Below, piece by piece: positions 26,819 through 36,358 of a stretch of DNA of 64,000 bases (positions within the stretch are counted from its first letter, which is position 1; every line of letters starts with the position of its first letter). The stretch is from Candidatus Nanohaloarchaea archaeon. Its GTDB lineage: Archaea > Nanohalarchaeota > Nanosalinia > Nanosalinales > Nanosalinaceae. The notes below the pieces were generated by a model, which saw only the letters and a program-made list of their open reading frames with translations, did not search any database and was not told the origin of the DNA. Made by a program: the position numbers and the translations under genes. Location: the NCBI GenBank assembly GCA_013343275.1, contig CP046106.1:544001-608000 (forward strand), in the 5' to 3' direction.

Positions 26819-28684
26819 TCAGATTTCCTTGCCGAGAATCGGATCGTAAACAGTTTCTCCCTTCGAAAAGTACGGATACCTTACTCTCGACACTTCCGAA
26901 CCCTGCAGATGGGAACGGGCCTCTTCCTCCGATACCTCGTAATCGATCAGCTCTTCGGCCTCAACACTCTGCTCATCTACCTCAAGATCCAGCACGGACT
27001 CAGTTACCTCATTTGAGTCCTCCTGGACAAGGCCTTTATCTCGCAAAGTATCTATCACTGCAGTAAACTTCGAGAGATCGATATCAAGCTCCTCAAGTAT
27101 CCCTGACTTCTCTCTTCCCTCTTTCAGCATGCTGTAGACCTCCCTCTCAGTACCTGAGACCTTAGGCCTTTCAGCCTTCACATTATTCTTCACTCCATCG
27201 ACTAGAACCTTCTTCTCATCGTTTTCAAGCAGGTAGAGAGGATAGTAGGCCGGCGAATACTTTTCACCCGTTTCAGACTCCAGCTCGCCGCGTGATTTCT
27301 TTGTCTCGAATACATCTACGCTCTCCTTCTCGACGTAGCTGTCAGAGGTCTGTGTCTCTCCTCCATGCTTCGATTTACGTGTCCTAACATCTGTCATGAC
27401 AGGATACTCGTTTCCAAGCACAAAGGCCACTCCAGGAGGCAATGATTTTATCATGTCCTCTACCTCACTGGTTATCCCCTCGAAGGACTTGGATATGGCC
27501 TTGAGATCGTTTGGATTAGTTACTCGAAGGATAAACTGAGTATTGGCCTGCGAAAGAACGTTTTTGTCGATCCTTGCGGGCCTCTGACTGATCACTCCTA
27601 GACCCAAGCCGAATTTACGGCCCTCCGAAGCAATTTTTCTAAGTATTGGATTTGATATTGTCTGGCCGAAACCTTTCTCCGGTGTGAAGTTGTGGGCCTC
27701 CTCTATCACCGTTATGAACGGAGGAATCTGATTCTTCTTCCTGAGATCAAACAGCTTCTTCGCTAGCAGATATGCAGTCATCTCCGCCGTATCCGGCTCA
27801 ACAGCTCTAAGATTGATGATCGTGGCTCTTCCTGGCTCTACAAGATTTTCCAGATCCATCGGATTATCGGAGAAAAGGCCGGAATCATCCAGCTGCTCCA
27901 GATAGTTCAGCAAGTTCCATTTAGCAGTTGAGTCCTCGTTAGATACTGCATCCATCAGATCGTTGAGGTTATAATCCTCGTCTTTCTCCTGTAACCGTTT
28001 CAGCGCGTTGTAAAGTACTCCCATCTGTGAGTTAGTCAGAGAGTCAGGGATCAGAGTCGTGAGCTCTTTTTTCTCGAAGTTCTTCGAGGAGAAACGGAGA
28101 GGTACAGCGTCAGAGTTGATATCAGTGTTAGGTGAGAACTCCTTGATATTATAGGCCTGTTGCTCTTCGTCGTTCTCCGGATTTTCCTGGCGGAGCGAGG
28201 AGTATTCTCCGTGAGGATCAAGTATAAGCACAGGGAAGTCATCTTCCAGCATCTCCTCGATTAAGACTCCCGTTAAATACGATTTTCCAGCTCCAGTCTG
28301 TGCAAGTACTGCGAAGTGCTTGTAGAAGTCTTCTGCATTGACGTGGATGTCGATACCAGGGTTGGTTTCTAGGGAGCCGATGCGGAGGCCGTCGTCTTTG
28401 AGGCCTAGTGTGTCGGAGATGAGTTCCTGGTCTGCTTTGTATACTATTGAGTCCGGTTCTATTACCCTTCTTGGCGCTTTTGTGAGGCCTTTGTCTCTGT
28501 ATCCGATTATGTTGGCGTGGGCCATTGTTTCGCCGTCTGGTTTTTTGGTTACTTCGTCGACCTGGCCTAGTATCCATTTTTCGTTGCTCTTTACTGATAT
28601 GAAGTCGAATTTTCTTACTTCTTCTACTGCTCGGAATTTGAATGATGAGGTGGTGACTTCTCCTTCGATTGTTCCTAGCTGCAT
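26819..28684 (-). CDS. HerA/DUF87-family ATPase with N-terminal HAS-barrel
   Basis: HFAVLAQTGAGKS Walker A, DPHGEY, IEEAHNF, EGRKFG, SQRPA. Confidence 0.88.
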   Translation of the reverse strand: MQLGTIEGEVTTSSFKFRAVEEVRKFDFISVKSNEKWILGQVDEVTKKPDGETMAHANIIGYRDKGLTKAPRRVIEPDSIVYKADQELISDTLGLKDDGLRIGSLETNPGIDIHVNAEDFYKHFAVLAQTGAGKSYLTGVLIEEMLEDDFPVLILDPHGEYSSLRQENPENDEEQQAYNIKEFSPNTDINSDAVPLRFSSKNFEKKELTTLIPDSLTNSQMGVLYNALKRLQEKDEDYNLNDLMDAVSNEDSTAKWNLLNYLEQLDDSGLFSDNPMDLENLVEPGRATIINLRAVEPDTAEMTAYLLAKKLFDLRKKNQIPPFITVIEEAHNFTPEKGFGQTISNPILRKIASEGRKFGLGLGVISQRPARIDKNVLSQANTQFILRVTNPNDLKAISKSFEGITSEVEDMIKSLPPGVAFVLGNEYPVMTDVRTRKSKHGGETQTSDSYVEKESVDVFETKKSRGELESETGEKYSPAYYPLYLLENDEKKVLVDGVKNNVKAERPKVSGTEREVYSMLKEGREKSGILEELDIDLSKFTAVIDTLRDKGLVQEDSNEVTESVLDLEVDEQSVEAEELIDYEVSEEEARSHLQGSEVSRVRYPYFSKGETVYDPILGKEI

Positions 28685-28774
28685 CGTGTATAATCAGCCG
28701 AGTCGAATATTGATAAAATACTCGATAATTAGGCCGGAGTGGGTTTTAAGAAGATAGTCAACAGATTTCTGAGT

Positions 28775-29233
28775 ATGGAAGTAATGGGCCAGGAGATCTC
28801 AGAGGAACTTCAGGAACAGCTCAAGTATGTAGGTATTTCATTTGCGATACTTGTTGTACTGCTTGCTGGCCATAACCTGCTTGCTCCTGACAGCGATCAG
28901 AAAGTAGGTTACACCGAGATCGATGTACAGTGTCTTGGAGTCAACGCTGGCGGTTTCTGTCTTGGTATGCAGAAACAGACTCATACTACTTACAACTACG
29001 ATAACTATACTGAAGTCGAGCCAGGTACCGCGAACTTCTACCGGAGAGTTGAATCCGAGCTCATGATGCAGGCCTACAATATCTGCGATGAGAAGATGAA
29101 TGGCATGGCCTGGACTGACGAGGCCTCTTACCGTAACAGGACTGCGACAGAGTGGATGCAGAATGAGAACGTGACCCTGCTTCCATGTGAGAAGACTTTC
29201 TTCAGGCCTCTTCCAGAGGATACCTCGAGTTAA
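28775..29233 (+). CDS. Hypothetical membrane-anchored protein
   Basis: TM near the N-terminus, 4 Cys, several N-x-T sequons. Confidence 0.6.
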   Translation: MEVMGQEISEELQEQLKYVGISFAILVVLLAGHNLLAPDSDQKVGYTEIDVQCLGVNAGGFCLGMQKQTHTTYNYDNYTEVEPGTANFYRRVESELMMQAYNICDEKMNGMAWTDEASYRNRTATEWMQNENVTLLPCEKTFFRPLPEDTSS

Positions 29234-29275
29234 AAAAATTTCCTTTCCCTAAAGTTTTCTATAGAAGGTGTAAAT

Positions 29276-29773
29276 ATGTCTGAAGAGTTTGAACATGTAG
29301 AAAAGACTTTCGTTGCTTTAAAACCTGATACTGTTAAGAGAGGCCTTATCGGCGATATTATCTCCCGTTTCGAGGATGCAGGTTTCAAGATCTGCGGTAT
29401 GAAGATGGTATGGGCCACAGATGAGCTTCTCGAAGAGCATTACGAGGAGCACGTAGAGAAAGATTTCTACGAGAGGCTTGCAGAGTACATGAAGAAAGGG
29501 CCTGTCGTTGCGATGGTTCTTGAAGGCGTTAATGCTGTTGAGAACATCCGGAAGATCGTTGGAGAGACCGATCCTACTGAGGCCGATCCTTCAACTATCA
29601 GAGGTACTTACGGCCATATCTCGTTCGCTCATGCGGATGGTTCCGGAAGGCTTCACAAGAACCTGATTCACGCATCGGCCGAGCCAGAGGAAGCTGAGAA
29701 GGAGATCAGCATCTGGTTTGAGGACGATGAGATCCACGAGTTCGAGACCGCTCAGGAAGAATGGGTTCGGTAA
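29276..29773 (+). CDS. ndk: Nucleoside diphosphate kinase
   Basis: TFVALKPD, GPVVAMV, TIRG, NLIHAS. Confidence 0.96.
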   Translation: MSEEFEHVEKTFVALKPDTVKRGLIGDIISRFEDAGFKICGMKMVWATDELLEEHYEEHVEKDFYERLAEYMKKGPVVAMVLEGVNAVENIRKIVGETDPTEADPSTIRGTYGHISFAHADGSGRLHKNLIHASAEPEEAEKEISIWFEDDEIHEFETAQEEWVR

Positions 29774-29869
29774 AACCCGTCTTTCCTCATTCTTTTCTCC
29801 AATTTTTTCTTCTGCAGTTCACGGAAATGATTTAATCCTTAACGACGAATTTTTCTACTGTGATTATTT

Positions 29870-30121
29870 ATGGCAGATAATAGACTTTACCGTTCAGAGA
29901 CAGATAGAATCCTGGGAGGAGTATGCGGAGGTATCGCAGAAGTATACGACTTTGATCCTTCCGTAGTCCGGTTGATTACTCTACTACTGATAATTACCGG
30001 AGTAAGTCCTCTACTCTATCTGATCGCATGGCTGATCATCCCTTCCGAAAGCGAGGTTAAAGACCGCGAGAACGTGGAAGTAGATCAGAGCCAGCACGAA
30101 GAACCAGAAGACGAAGAATAA
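29870..30121 (+). CDS. PspC-domain membrane protein
   Basis: LYRS-x-x-DR-x-x-GGVCGGIAE...D-x-x-x-VR...Y-x-x-x-W-x-x-x-P. Confidence 0.9.
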   Translation: MADNRLYRSETDRILGGVCGGIAEVYDFDPSVVRLITLLLIITGVSPLLYLIAWLIIPSESEVKDRENVEVDQSQHEEPEDEE

Positions 30122-30181
30122 TTACCGAGGACGTCAGCACTCAAAATCAAACCTCTGAAAGCAGTTGAGCGCAGCGATGCT

Positions 30182-30212
30182 GCTTCTGATGATCGAAATT
30201 TCAGAAGTTCGG
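30182..30212. repeat. Copy 1 of a 31-nt dispersed intergenic repeat (copy 2 at 56467-56497)
   Basis: gcttctgatgatcgaaatttcagaagttcgg vs gcttgtgatgatcgaactttcagaagttcgg, 29/31 identical. Confidence 0.8.
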
Positions 30213-30246
30213 TCCCGCAGGGTTCATCATCCGCCCTCTATTTTTC

Positions 30247-31896
30247 TTATTCTTTCAGGTCATGTACCTTCTCTATATTGATTTCCAGGCCTGCAGCTGG
30301 ATATTTCAGGTCCCAGTTCTGCATTACCTTCTCTGAGAACTCGCCGATTATTCCTACCCTCTTGTCCTTGAAGTAGATTGCAGCCGACCGCGATTCCTTG
30401 AAGCAGCCGCGGTATTTTTCCTGTAAGTTGAATTCCAGGCCTAGGTCTCTTTCAAGAGTCTGCAGTACTGCTCTTGCGTCTGTATAGTCTTTTTCGTTGC
30501 CTGTTGCTATGTAGGCTAGTTTTTTCTGGTTAGAGGCTCCTGTACTGGAGCTATCGAGCTGTACTACATCTGCTACTTCGAAGAATTCCTGTGGGTAGCT
30601 GTGGTGTCTGTTGTCGTGCAGTGTCTGGAATAGTGAGGGTAGCAGCCAGTTTCTGACTACTTCCTGTTCTCTTCCTGCCGCGTTCGCTACCTCTGCTACA
30701 TCGTCTTCTTCAACCTCCATCCTGTCGAAGATTTTCTCTTTGCTGGACAGGTAGTACGTGTTGGTCTCAAGTGCGCCAGCTCCAGCCATTACATCTCTGA
30801 TCCGATCCTCGAAGTCCTGAAGTGGTTTAATAGAAGCCATCTGATCGACATCCGGCACCTCAGGCTCTATATTGTCGTATCTGTGCGCTATGACTACATC
30901 TTCGATCAGATCATACTGATGCATGAGGTCCGTTCGATAACAGGGTATCTCTACCTTGATCTTGCCGTTATTCTTTTTCCGGATGCCGTACTTCATCATT
31001 TTCAAGCGCTCAACTACTTCTTCCATGGATAGATCGAGACCTGAAATCTCCCTGAAGTATTCAACATCCAGAGTCATCTCATCCGGTGAGAGATCAGGAA
31101 ACTCCTGTCCATCAACCATTACAGACTCTACCTGACCGCCTCTCTCTGCGAGAGCTGTGGAGAGAATATTCAGTGCCTTCAGTACCGTTTCACGATCTTT
31201 ACCCGTAACGTCGATAAATATATCCTGTGTCCCTGTATCAACCTCAGTCAACTGGTTGTTAATAATCGGCGGGAAACTGAGAACCTTCCCTTCACTATCT
31301 TCAATTATAGGATACTTTTCTTCATTCTCCAGAATCCAGGCATACTTCTGACCTTTCTCATGTTCATCTAGGATCTCTCCAAGCTGCATATGCCTATCGT
31401 ACTCCAGTGGCTTGAACGAGACCTTTTCCGGCTCTACAGCTTTGTAAGTAAATGGTTCCTCGACTGTAGACAGATCATGAAGGCCTATCGCCAGTTTATC
31501 TCTCCTGCGGCCCATAGTCTCGTGCATCTTCTCCTGTAGCTGTATCAAACCGTTAATTTTCTTCTCAGATAGGTCAAGTCCGCGGACAACAGCTCCTCCG
31601 ATGAAAGGCCTTACATCTTCGACCGATTCATCAACTTCTACCTCGACAAAGCCGTCATCTACGCTGTAATCTTTCCTACCTGTTTCTATGTCGAAGAATC
31701 CTCTGTATGCTCTGGCAAGGCCTTCTACTGAAAGCAGGTCGGGCCTGTTCGGATATGTTTCGACTTCGCAGACGTTGCCGTCGATGCGGTGCCAGTGCGC
31801 TCCAAGCATCGAACCCTCTTCAATCATTCTTTCGTTTTCGATCTCTTCTCCTACAAGTTCGTCGAACTCTCTCTTATCAACTTCAATATTTGGCAT
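30247..31896 (-). CDS. pheT: Phenylalanine--tRNA ligase beta subunit
   Basis: NRPDLLSVEGLARA, LQEK-x-H, SFPPIIN, YR-x-D-x-x-H-x-x-DLIEDV; TAATG overlap with pheS. Confidence 0.95.
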   Translation of the reverse strand: MPNIEVDKREFDELVGEEIENERMIEEGSMLGAHWHRIDGNVCEVETYPNRPDLLSVEGLARAYRGFFDIETGRKDYSVDDGFVEVEVDESVEDVRPFIGGAVVRGLDLSEKKINGLIQLQEKMHETMGRRRDKLAIGLHDLSTVEEPFTYKAVEPEKVSFKPLEYDRHMQLGEILDEHEKGQKYAWILENEEKYPIIEDSEGKVLSFPPIINNQLTEVDTGTQDIFIDVTGKDRETVLKALNILSTALAERGGQVESVMVDGQEFPDLSPDEMTLDVEYFREISGLDLSMEEVVERLKMMKYGIRKKNNGKIKVEIPCYRTDLMHQYDLIEDVVIAHRYDNIEPEVPDVDQMASIKPLQDFEDRIRDVMAGAGALETNTYYLSSKEKIFDRMEVEEDDVAEVANAAGREQEVVRNWLLPSLFQTLHDNRHHSYPQEFFEVADVVQLDSSSTGASNQKKLAYIATGNEKDYTDARAVLQTLERDLGLEFNLQEKYRGCFKESRSAAIYFKDKRVGIIGEFSEKVMQNWDLKYPAAGLEINIEKVHDLKE

Positions 31897-33299
31897 TATC
31901 GATCTCCTCCATTGCTTGGCCTCCATTTAGGAGTTTCCTCCAAGATTTCAATATCATTCCTATAAAGCTCTCGGATGTCCTGTATCTCTGCGGCTTTCAT
32001 AGCCACCCTTCCAAGACCTAGTCCCCATGCGAGAACAGTGGCCTCGAATCCTAGCATCGGTTTAACGACTTCCGGACGGAACAGGCCTGCTCCTCCGAGG
32101 CCCATCCATTCCTCTTCTTCGTCGTCCCATACCTGTACTTCTGTGCTCATCTCGGTGTAAGGATAGTAGGAAGGAATGAGGCGGAACTCTTCGTAACCCA
32201 TTTTCTCGAAGAACTCACTGAGGTATCCTTTCAGATGTGTGTAGTTGAGGTCCTCGCCGACTACGATTCCATCTAGCTGTATAAACCCGGGAAGATGGGT
32301 GCGGTCAACTGTTTCGTTCCTGAAATTGCGGCCAATTACAAACAGTTTCTTCGGTAGTTCCTCCTCATTGATATCGATTTCATGCAGTCTTCTTGCGCTG
32401 ACAGCTGTAGTATGTGTTCTAAGCACGTTTCTCGAGGCCTCATCCTCGCTCCAGTCATAGCCCCATCCTCTGCTTCCGGTTGTCCAGCCATCTTCATGCG
32501 TCTCCTTAACGTGCTGCACTTTTTCGCCGTACTCGGAGAGATCGGTCTCTGCCGGAGTCTCCATAAAGAATGTATCGTGCAGGTCACGGGCCGGATGGTC
32601 CTGAGCAGTGTAAAGTGCATCGAAGTTCAGGAAGCTTGGAACCACGAAGTCTCCGGTCATCTGCTGGAATCCCATCTCGACGAATTTTTCTCTCGCAAAT
32701 CCGAGAATTTCCTTGTAGAAATGCTTTTTACCTATCCGTGGCGTCTGGACCCGAGCCTCGACATTAAAGTCTTCTTCAACCTCTTCTACATCCAGATCTT
32801 CGCCTTTCTCAGTAAGAACAAGTATTCTCGTTACCTCAGTATCTATATCGACAAGGCCTCTGTCCTCGTCTTTCTGCATGAAATCTTTCTCATTTAGCCG
32901 AGTCTTGAGTTTGTCTTCTTCCAGTGCTTCTTTCCCTTTGTCTGTAAGTGCTACTGATCCTCCTTCTATCTCTATCCAGTCCTTCTGCCGGGCCTTCCCC
33001 AGCGCTACGTCCAGGTTGAGGTCCTGAAGATTGGCGAGGGATTTGTCTCCTTCGTCTACTCTTTCAATCAGTTTGTGTTCTGGAGATCCTTTTGCTGCTA
33101 CTTCTTTCCCTGTCTCTGTCAGGTATCGGGTTATTTCTTCCTCTTCTTCTACTTCTATCAGGCCTTTTTCCTGCAGTTCCATTGCTGAGCGGTTGACCAT
33201 TGACTGGTCGAATCCTTTCTTCTCCAACTCCTCTACTGTCTGCTTACCCTGTTTTTTCAGTTGTTCAAGTATATCTATGGCCTGAGTTGAGAGTCTCAC
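31896..33299 (-). CDS. pheS: Phenylalanine--tRNA ligase alpha subunit (archaeal type)
   Basis: NFDAL-x-x-x-QDHPARD-x-x-DTF, LRTHTT, FRNE, YYPYTE, FRPE, AWGLG. Confidence 0.96.
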   Translation of the reverse strand: MRLSTQAIDILEQLKKQGKQTVEELEKKGFDQSMVNRSAMELQEKGLIEVEEEEEITRYLTETGKEVAAKGSPEHKLIERVDEGDKSLANLQDLNLDVALGKARQKDWIEIEGGSVALTDKGKEALEEDKLKTRLNEKDFMQKDEDRGLVDIDTEVTRILVLTEKGEDLDVEEVEEDFNVEARVQTPRIGKKHFYKEILGFAREKFVEMGFQQMTGDFVVPSFLNFDALYTAQDHPARDLHDTFFMETPAETDLSEYGEKVQHVKETHEDGWTTGSRGWGYDWSEDEASRNVLRTHTTAVSARRLHEIDINEEELPKKLFVIGRNFRNETVDRTHLPGFIQLDGIVVGEDLNYTHLKGYLSEFFEKMGYEEFRLIPSYYPYTEMSTEVQVWDDEEEEWMGLGGAGLFRPEVVKPMLGFEATVLAWGLGLGRVAMKAAEIQDIRELYRNDIEILEETPKWRPSNGGDR

Positions 33300-33338
33300 A
33301 ACGCGGTTTTACTCAACGGAATCTTAAATAGATAATTT

Positions 33339-34091
33339 CTAGGCCGATTCCAGAACCGCTCCCAGAACTATAAACAGCACACCTGTCAGGAAGAGTTTTG
33401 TCAGGTCTTTCCAGGTGTCAAGGTCGAAATGTTCTCTGTACATCGCTGCCGACACCAGGCTTCCGCAGATACCTGCCACTACGAAACCTGCCATTTCAAG
33501 GGTTGCATGTGGAACATAGGCTACTGGTGATGGAGTCTTACCTGAACCCATAATCAGCTCTGCTATACCTTTGAGCTCTGAGACAAGCTGGGCGATGAAA
33601 ACTCCGAGAACAGAGGCATTCCAGGTAAGTATGAAAGCTCCTGCAGAACCTATAATCGCTGATACAGCGAATATCGAAAGATACAGCACCAGGTTATTAG
33701 ATAATACTACAAAGAAAATATCAGGTATTACCGCATTTCCTGCGAGGCCTAGCTGGGCGGCCTGTTCGCTGAAAACAGCAGTCTGCATAGCAAAGTCCTT
33801 GGTGAAGAACAGGCCTAGCGAGAGGAATGCTACGAACTCTCCCAGGAATAATGACCCATAAAACTCTATTTCATCGCTGTGAGGCCTTCCCCTATCTTCA
33901 TCATCAAGGAAGACCCTGGTCAATGGATATACGAGAGGTATAGATGCAAAAACTACAGAAAGAACAGATGTCTGGCCCGGAAAAACTATTTTAGCTACAG
34001 CAAATCCTGTTAAGCCAGATATAAGGCCTAGCAGGGCTACGAATAAAAGACTTCCCTGTTTCTCCTCCCTCAGAATAAGTTCCGGCAGCAT
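33339..34091 (-). CDS. SpoIIM/DUF95-like membrane protein
   Basis: NN-x-x-L, WNA-x-x-x-G, PH-x-x-x-E, A-x-x-ES terminus. Confidence 0.7.
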   Translation of the reverse strand: MLPELILREEKQGSLLFVALLGLISGLTGFAVAKIVFPGQTSVLSVVFASIPLVYPLTRVFLDDEDRGRPHSDEIEFYGSLFLGEFVAFLSLGLFFTKDFAMQTAVFSEQAAQLGLAGNAVIPDIFFVVLSNNLVLYLSIFAVSAIIGSAGAFILTWNASVLGVFIAQLVSELKGIAELIMGSGKTPSPVAYVPHATLEMAGFVVAGICGSLVSAAMYREHFDLDTWKDLTKLFLTGVLFIVLGAVLESA

Positions 34092-34134
34092 AAAGAAGAA
34101 ATGATGGTAGGTGGTTTAAACCGGTTTTCCAGAA

Positions 34135-35289
34135 CTATCTCTGGAGTTCTAGATCGATGTTTCTGTCCCACATTTCCTGGGCCAGTTCGCCGTCGTACAT
34201 CATCTGCTGCACCAGCTCATCTGCATTCTCCTTTCTCTCCTGGTGCTCCTGAAGGAACTCGTTCAACTCTTCTACCAGTATTTCCTTGATCTCGCCAGTC
34301 ATCATCTCGCCGGAGGAGTACTTCTCAGCGATCTCCCGGATTCTCTCATCGTCCTCCATCAAAAGGTTTCTCAACCACTGGAAAGAGGTATCAACTGCCA
34401 GATCAGCGCCTTCCTCACGGTGTTCTTCCAGAGTATCGCCTCCACCTGAGTAAGCATGCTTCTTGACCTTCTCCTCGACCTCTTCAGGGCTGTCATCCAG
34501 CATGATCGCGGTCTTCGGCTTCGAGGAACTCATCTTCCCCTCAGGCCCTGTCAACGCCGGGATAAACTTGGAGTGGATCGCCGCTGTCTTCTTGTGGCCG
34601 AACTTCTCGGCAATATCCCTCTGGATCCTCCAGTACGGATCCTGATCGATCGCAGCCGGGATAACGCACCGCTTGTCCTCGAAGAATGTCGGAATATTCT
34701 GTATAGCAGGCCAGAAATTCATTCCAATATTGGTCGAGCCTTCAAAGCCGAAAACGCTCTGGGCCTGTGAATTATTGATTTTTTCGGCAATCTTCACGAT
34801 TCCATCATACATGTGACCCATGTATTCTCTGTTTCGGAAGATGAATGTCTTGTCAGGATCAAAGCCAACAGCTGCGATCTCCCTGATATTATCCTCTGCG
34901 TACTTATCGATTTCCTCATCTGTTATATCGCGGTCCCAGTACTTCTCGTCGTCAGTAACCTGTATATACACGTTGACATCGAACTTCTCCTGAATCCACT
35001 TCGTGAAGTAGAAACTGATAATATGGCCTATATGCATCTTGCCGCTAGGCCCGATACCGGTATACAGGAAGAAGCCGTCTTCTTCCTCGTACTCATCAAG
35101 CGCCTTGTCAAGGCCTCTGTGGGAGTAGATGAAGTCTCTCTTCATGTAGAGGTTCTCATCTCCAGCCAGATCGAAGAATCTCTCCTTCAACTCCTCGTCG
35201 ATCTCCTCGGTTCCGAATTTATCTATTAGTCTATCGTAGTCTACCTGACCCTCCACATCGAAAGGCGTCACATCAAAATCCTCTGCCAT
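34135..35289 (-). CDS. trpS: Tryptophan--tRNA ligase (archaeal type)
   Basis: VTPF, DY-x-x-LI-x-x-FG, YTG-x-GPS-x-x-MHIGH, DQDPY, KMSSS; AGGAGG SD. Confidence 0.96.
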   Translation of the reverse strand: MAEDFDVTPFDVEGQVDYDRLIDKFGTEEIDEELKERFFDLAGDENLYMKRDFIYSHRGLDKALDEYEEEDGFFLYTGIGPSGKMHIGHIISFYFTKWIQEKFDVNVYIQVTDDEKYWDRDITDEEIDKYAEDNIREIAAVGFDPDKTFIFRNREYMGHMYDGIVKIAEKINNSQAQSVFGFEGSTNIGMNFWPAIQNIPTFFEDKRCVIPAAIDQDPYWRIQRDIAEKFGHKKTAAIHSKFIPALTGPEGKMSSSKPKTAIMLDDSPEEVEEKVKKHAYSGGGDTLEEHREEGADLAVDTSFQWLRNLLMEDDERIREIAEKYSSGEMMTGEIKEILVEELNEFLQEHQERKENADELVQQMMYDGELAQEMWDRNIDLELQR

Positions 35290-35305
35290 AGTTTTTATCG
35301 TCCTC

Positions 35306-36358
35306 CTAGTTAAGTTCTGATCGAAGAAAGCTTTTCAAGATTTCACAGTATGCTTCCAGGCTTTCAACCTCCACATACTCGTCTTCAGCGTGAAGATTGT
35401 AGCCTTCCGGGCCGAAACAGACCGCAGGAACACCTTTCTCGGTGAAGAACCTCATGTCGCTCGCAAAGTTCTCCCTCCTGAAATCAACCGTTTCTCCAGA
35501 AACTTCCTCAGCTGAAGTTTTCAGGGCCTGAGCTCCAGAATTTTCCTCCGAAGTCTCCAGCATCGGGGCCTCCGCCAGGACTTCGTACTCCAGGCCTCCC
35601 ATTTCTTCTAGATCTCTCAGAACTTCCTCCTTCGGGTACTGGTTTGAGTACCGGATATCTACCTGTAGAGAGGCCTTGTCAGGTATCTGGTTGACAGGTC
35701 CTTCAGCGGAGATATTGCCCAGGTTGATCGTGGTTCCAAACTCGGCCTCATGGTTAAATCCTGATCTGAACTCCATGTACTTTTTGAGGAGTTTTTCGGC
35801 CGCGTTCTCGCCTCTATCAGGTTTGGACGCGTGAGCGTTCTCCCCTGAGGCCTTTAACTCGAGCTGGAGAACCCCTTTCTGCTCTGTGACTATTGATGGG
35901 AAATGACCTGAGTCATCGGGCTCCGCTGAAATTACCAGTTCCGGTTCAATCCCTGTTTCTTCAGTTACGTGGCCTGTGCCGTTAAATCCTCCTCTTTCCT
36001 CGTCAGATGTAATTAGGATTCCTAGATTCTCGGCCTCAACTTTCTGGGCAGCTTCGATGATACAGGCAATCCCTGACTTCATGTCGGCTGTTCCTCGGCC
36101 GTAAATTCGGCCGTTACGCCTTTCTGGTCGGAAGAGCGAGTCTTTTGCATCTACCACATCGATATGGCCGTGGAGGAGAATTTGCGGTTCACCCCTCGTA
36201 GCCAGTAGAGATTTTTCTCCTTCCTCCTCGAATCTCTGTATATCAAAGTCTTCTGGCAGTTCTTTCTCAACCAGTTGAAGGCCTTTCTCTATTTCTCCTA
36301 GGTTTCCTTCTACCGTCCTGAGTTTTACCAGTTCTTCAGTCATTTCCTCTATATTCAT
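35306..36358 (-). CDS. M20 family metallo-hydrolase (ArgE/DapE-like)
   Basis: HGHIDVV, GRGTADMK, DEE-x-GG, HAS-x-P, H-x-x-DEYV; ATGA overlap with the upstream GNAT gene. Confidence 0.88.
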   Translation of the reverse strand: MNIEEMTEELVKLRTVEGNLGEIEKGLQLVEKELPEDFDIQRFEEEGEKSLLATRGEPQILLHGHIDVVDAKDSLFRPERRNGRIYGRGTADMKSGIACIIEAAQKVEAENLGILITSDEERGGFNGTGHVTEETGIEPELVISAEPDDSGHFPSIVTEQKGVLQLELKASGENAHASKPDRGENAAEKLLKKYMEFRSGFNHEAEFGTTINLGNISAEGPVNQIPDKASLQVDIRYSNQYPKEEVLRDLEEMGGLEYEVLAEAPMLETSEENSGAQALKTSAEEVSGETVDFRRENFASDMRFFTEKGVPAVCFGPEGYNLHAEDEYVEVESLEAYCEILKSFLRSELN

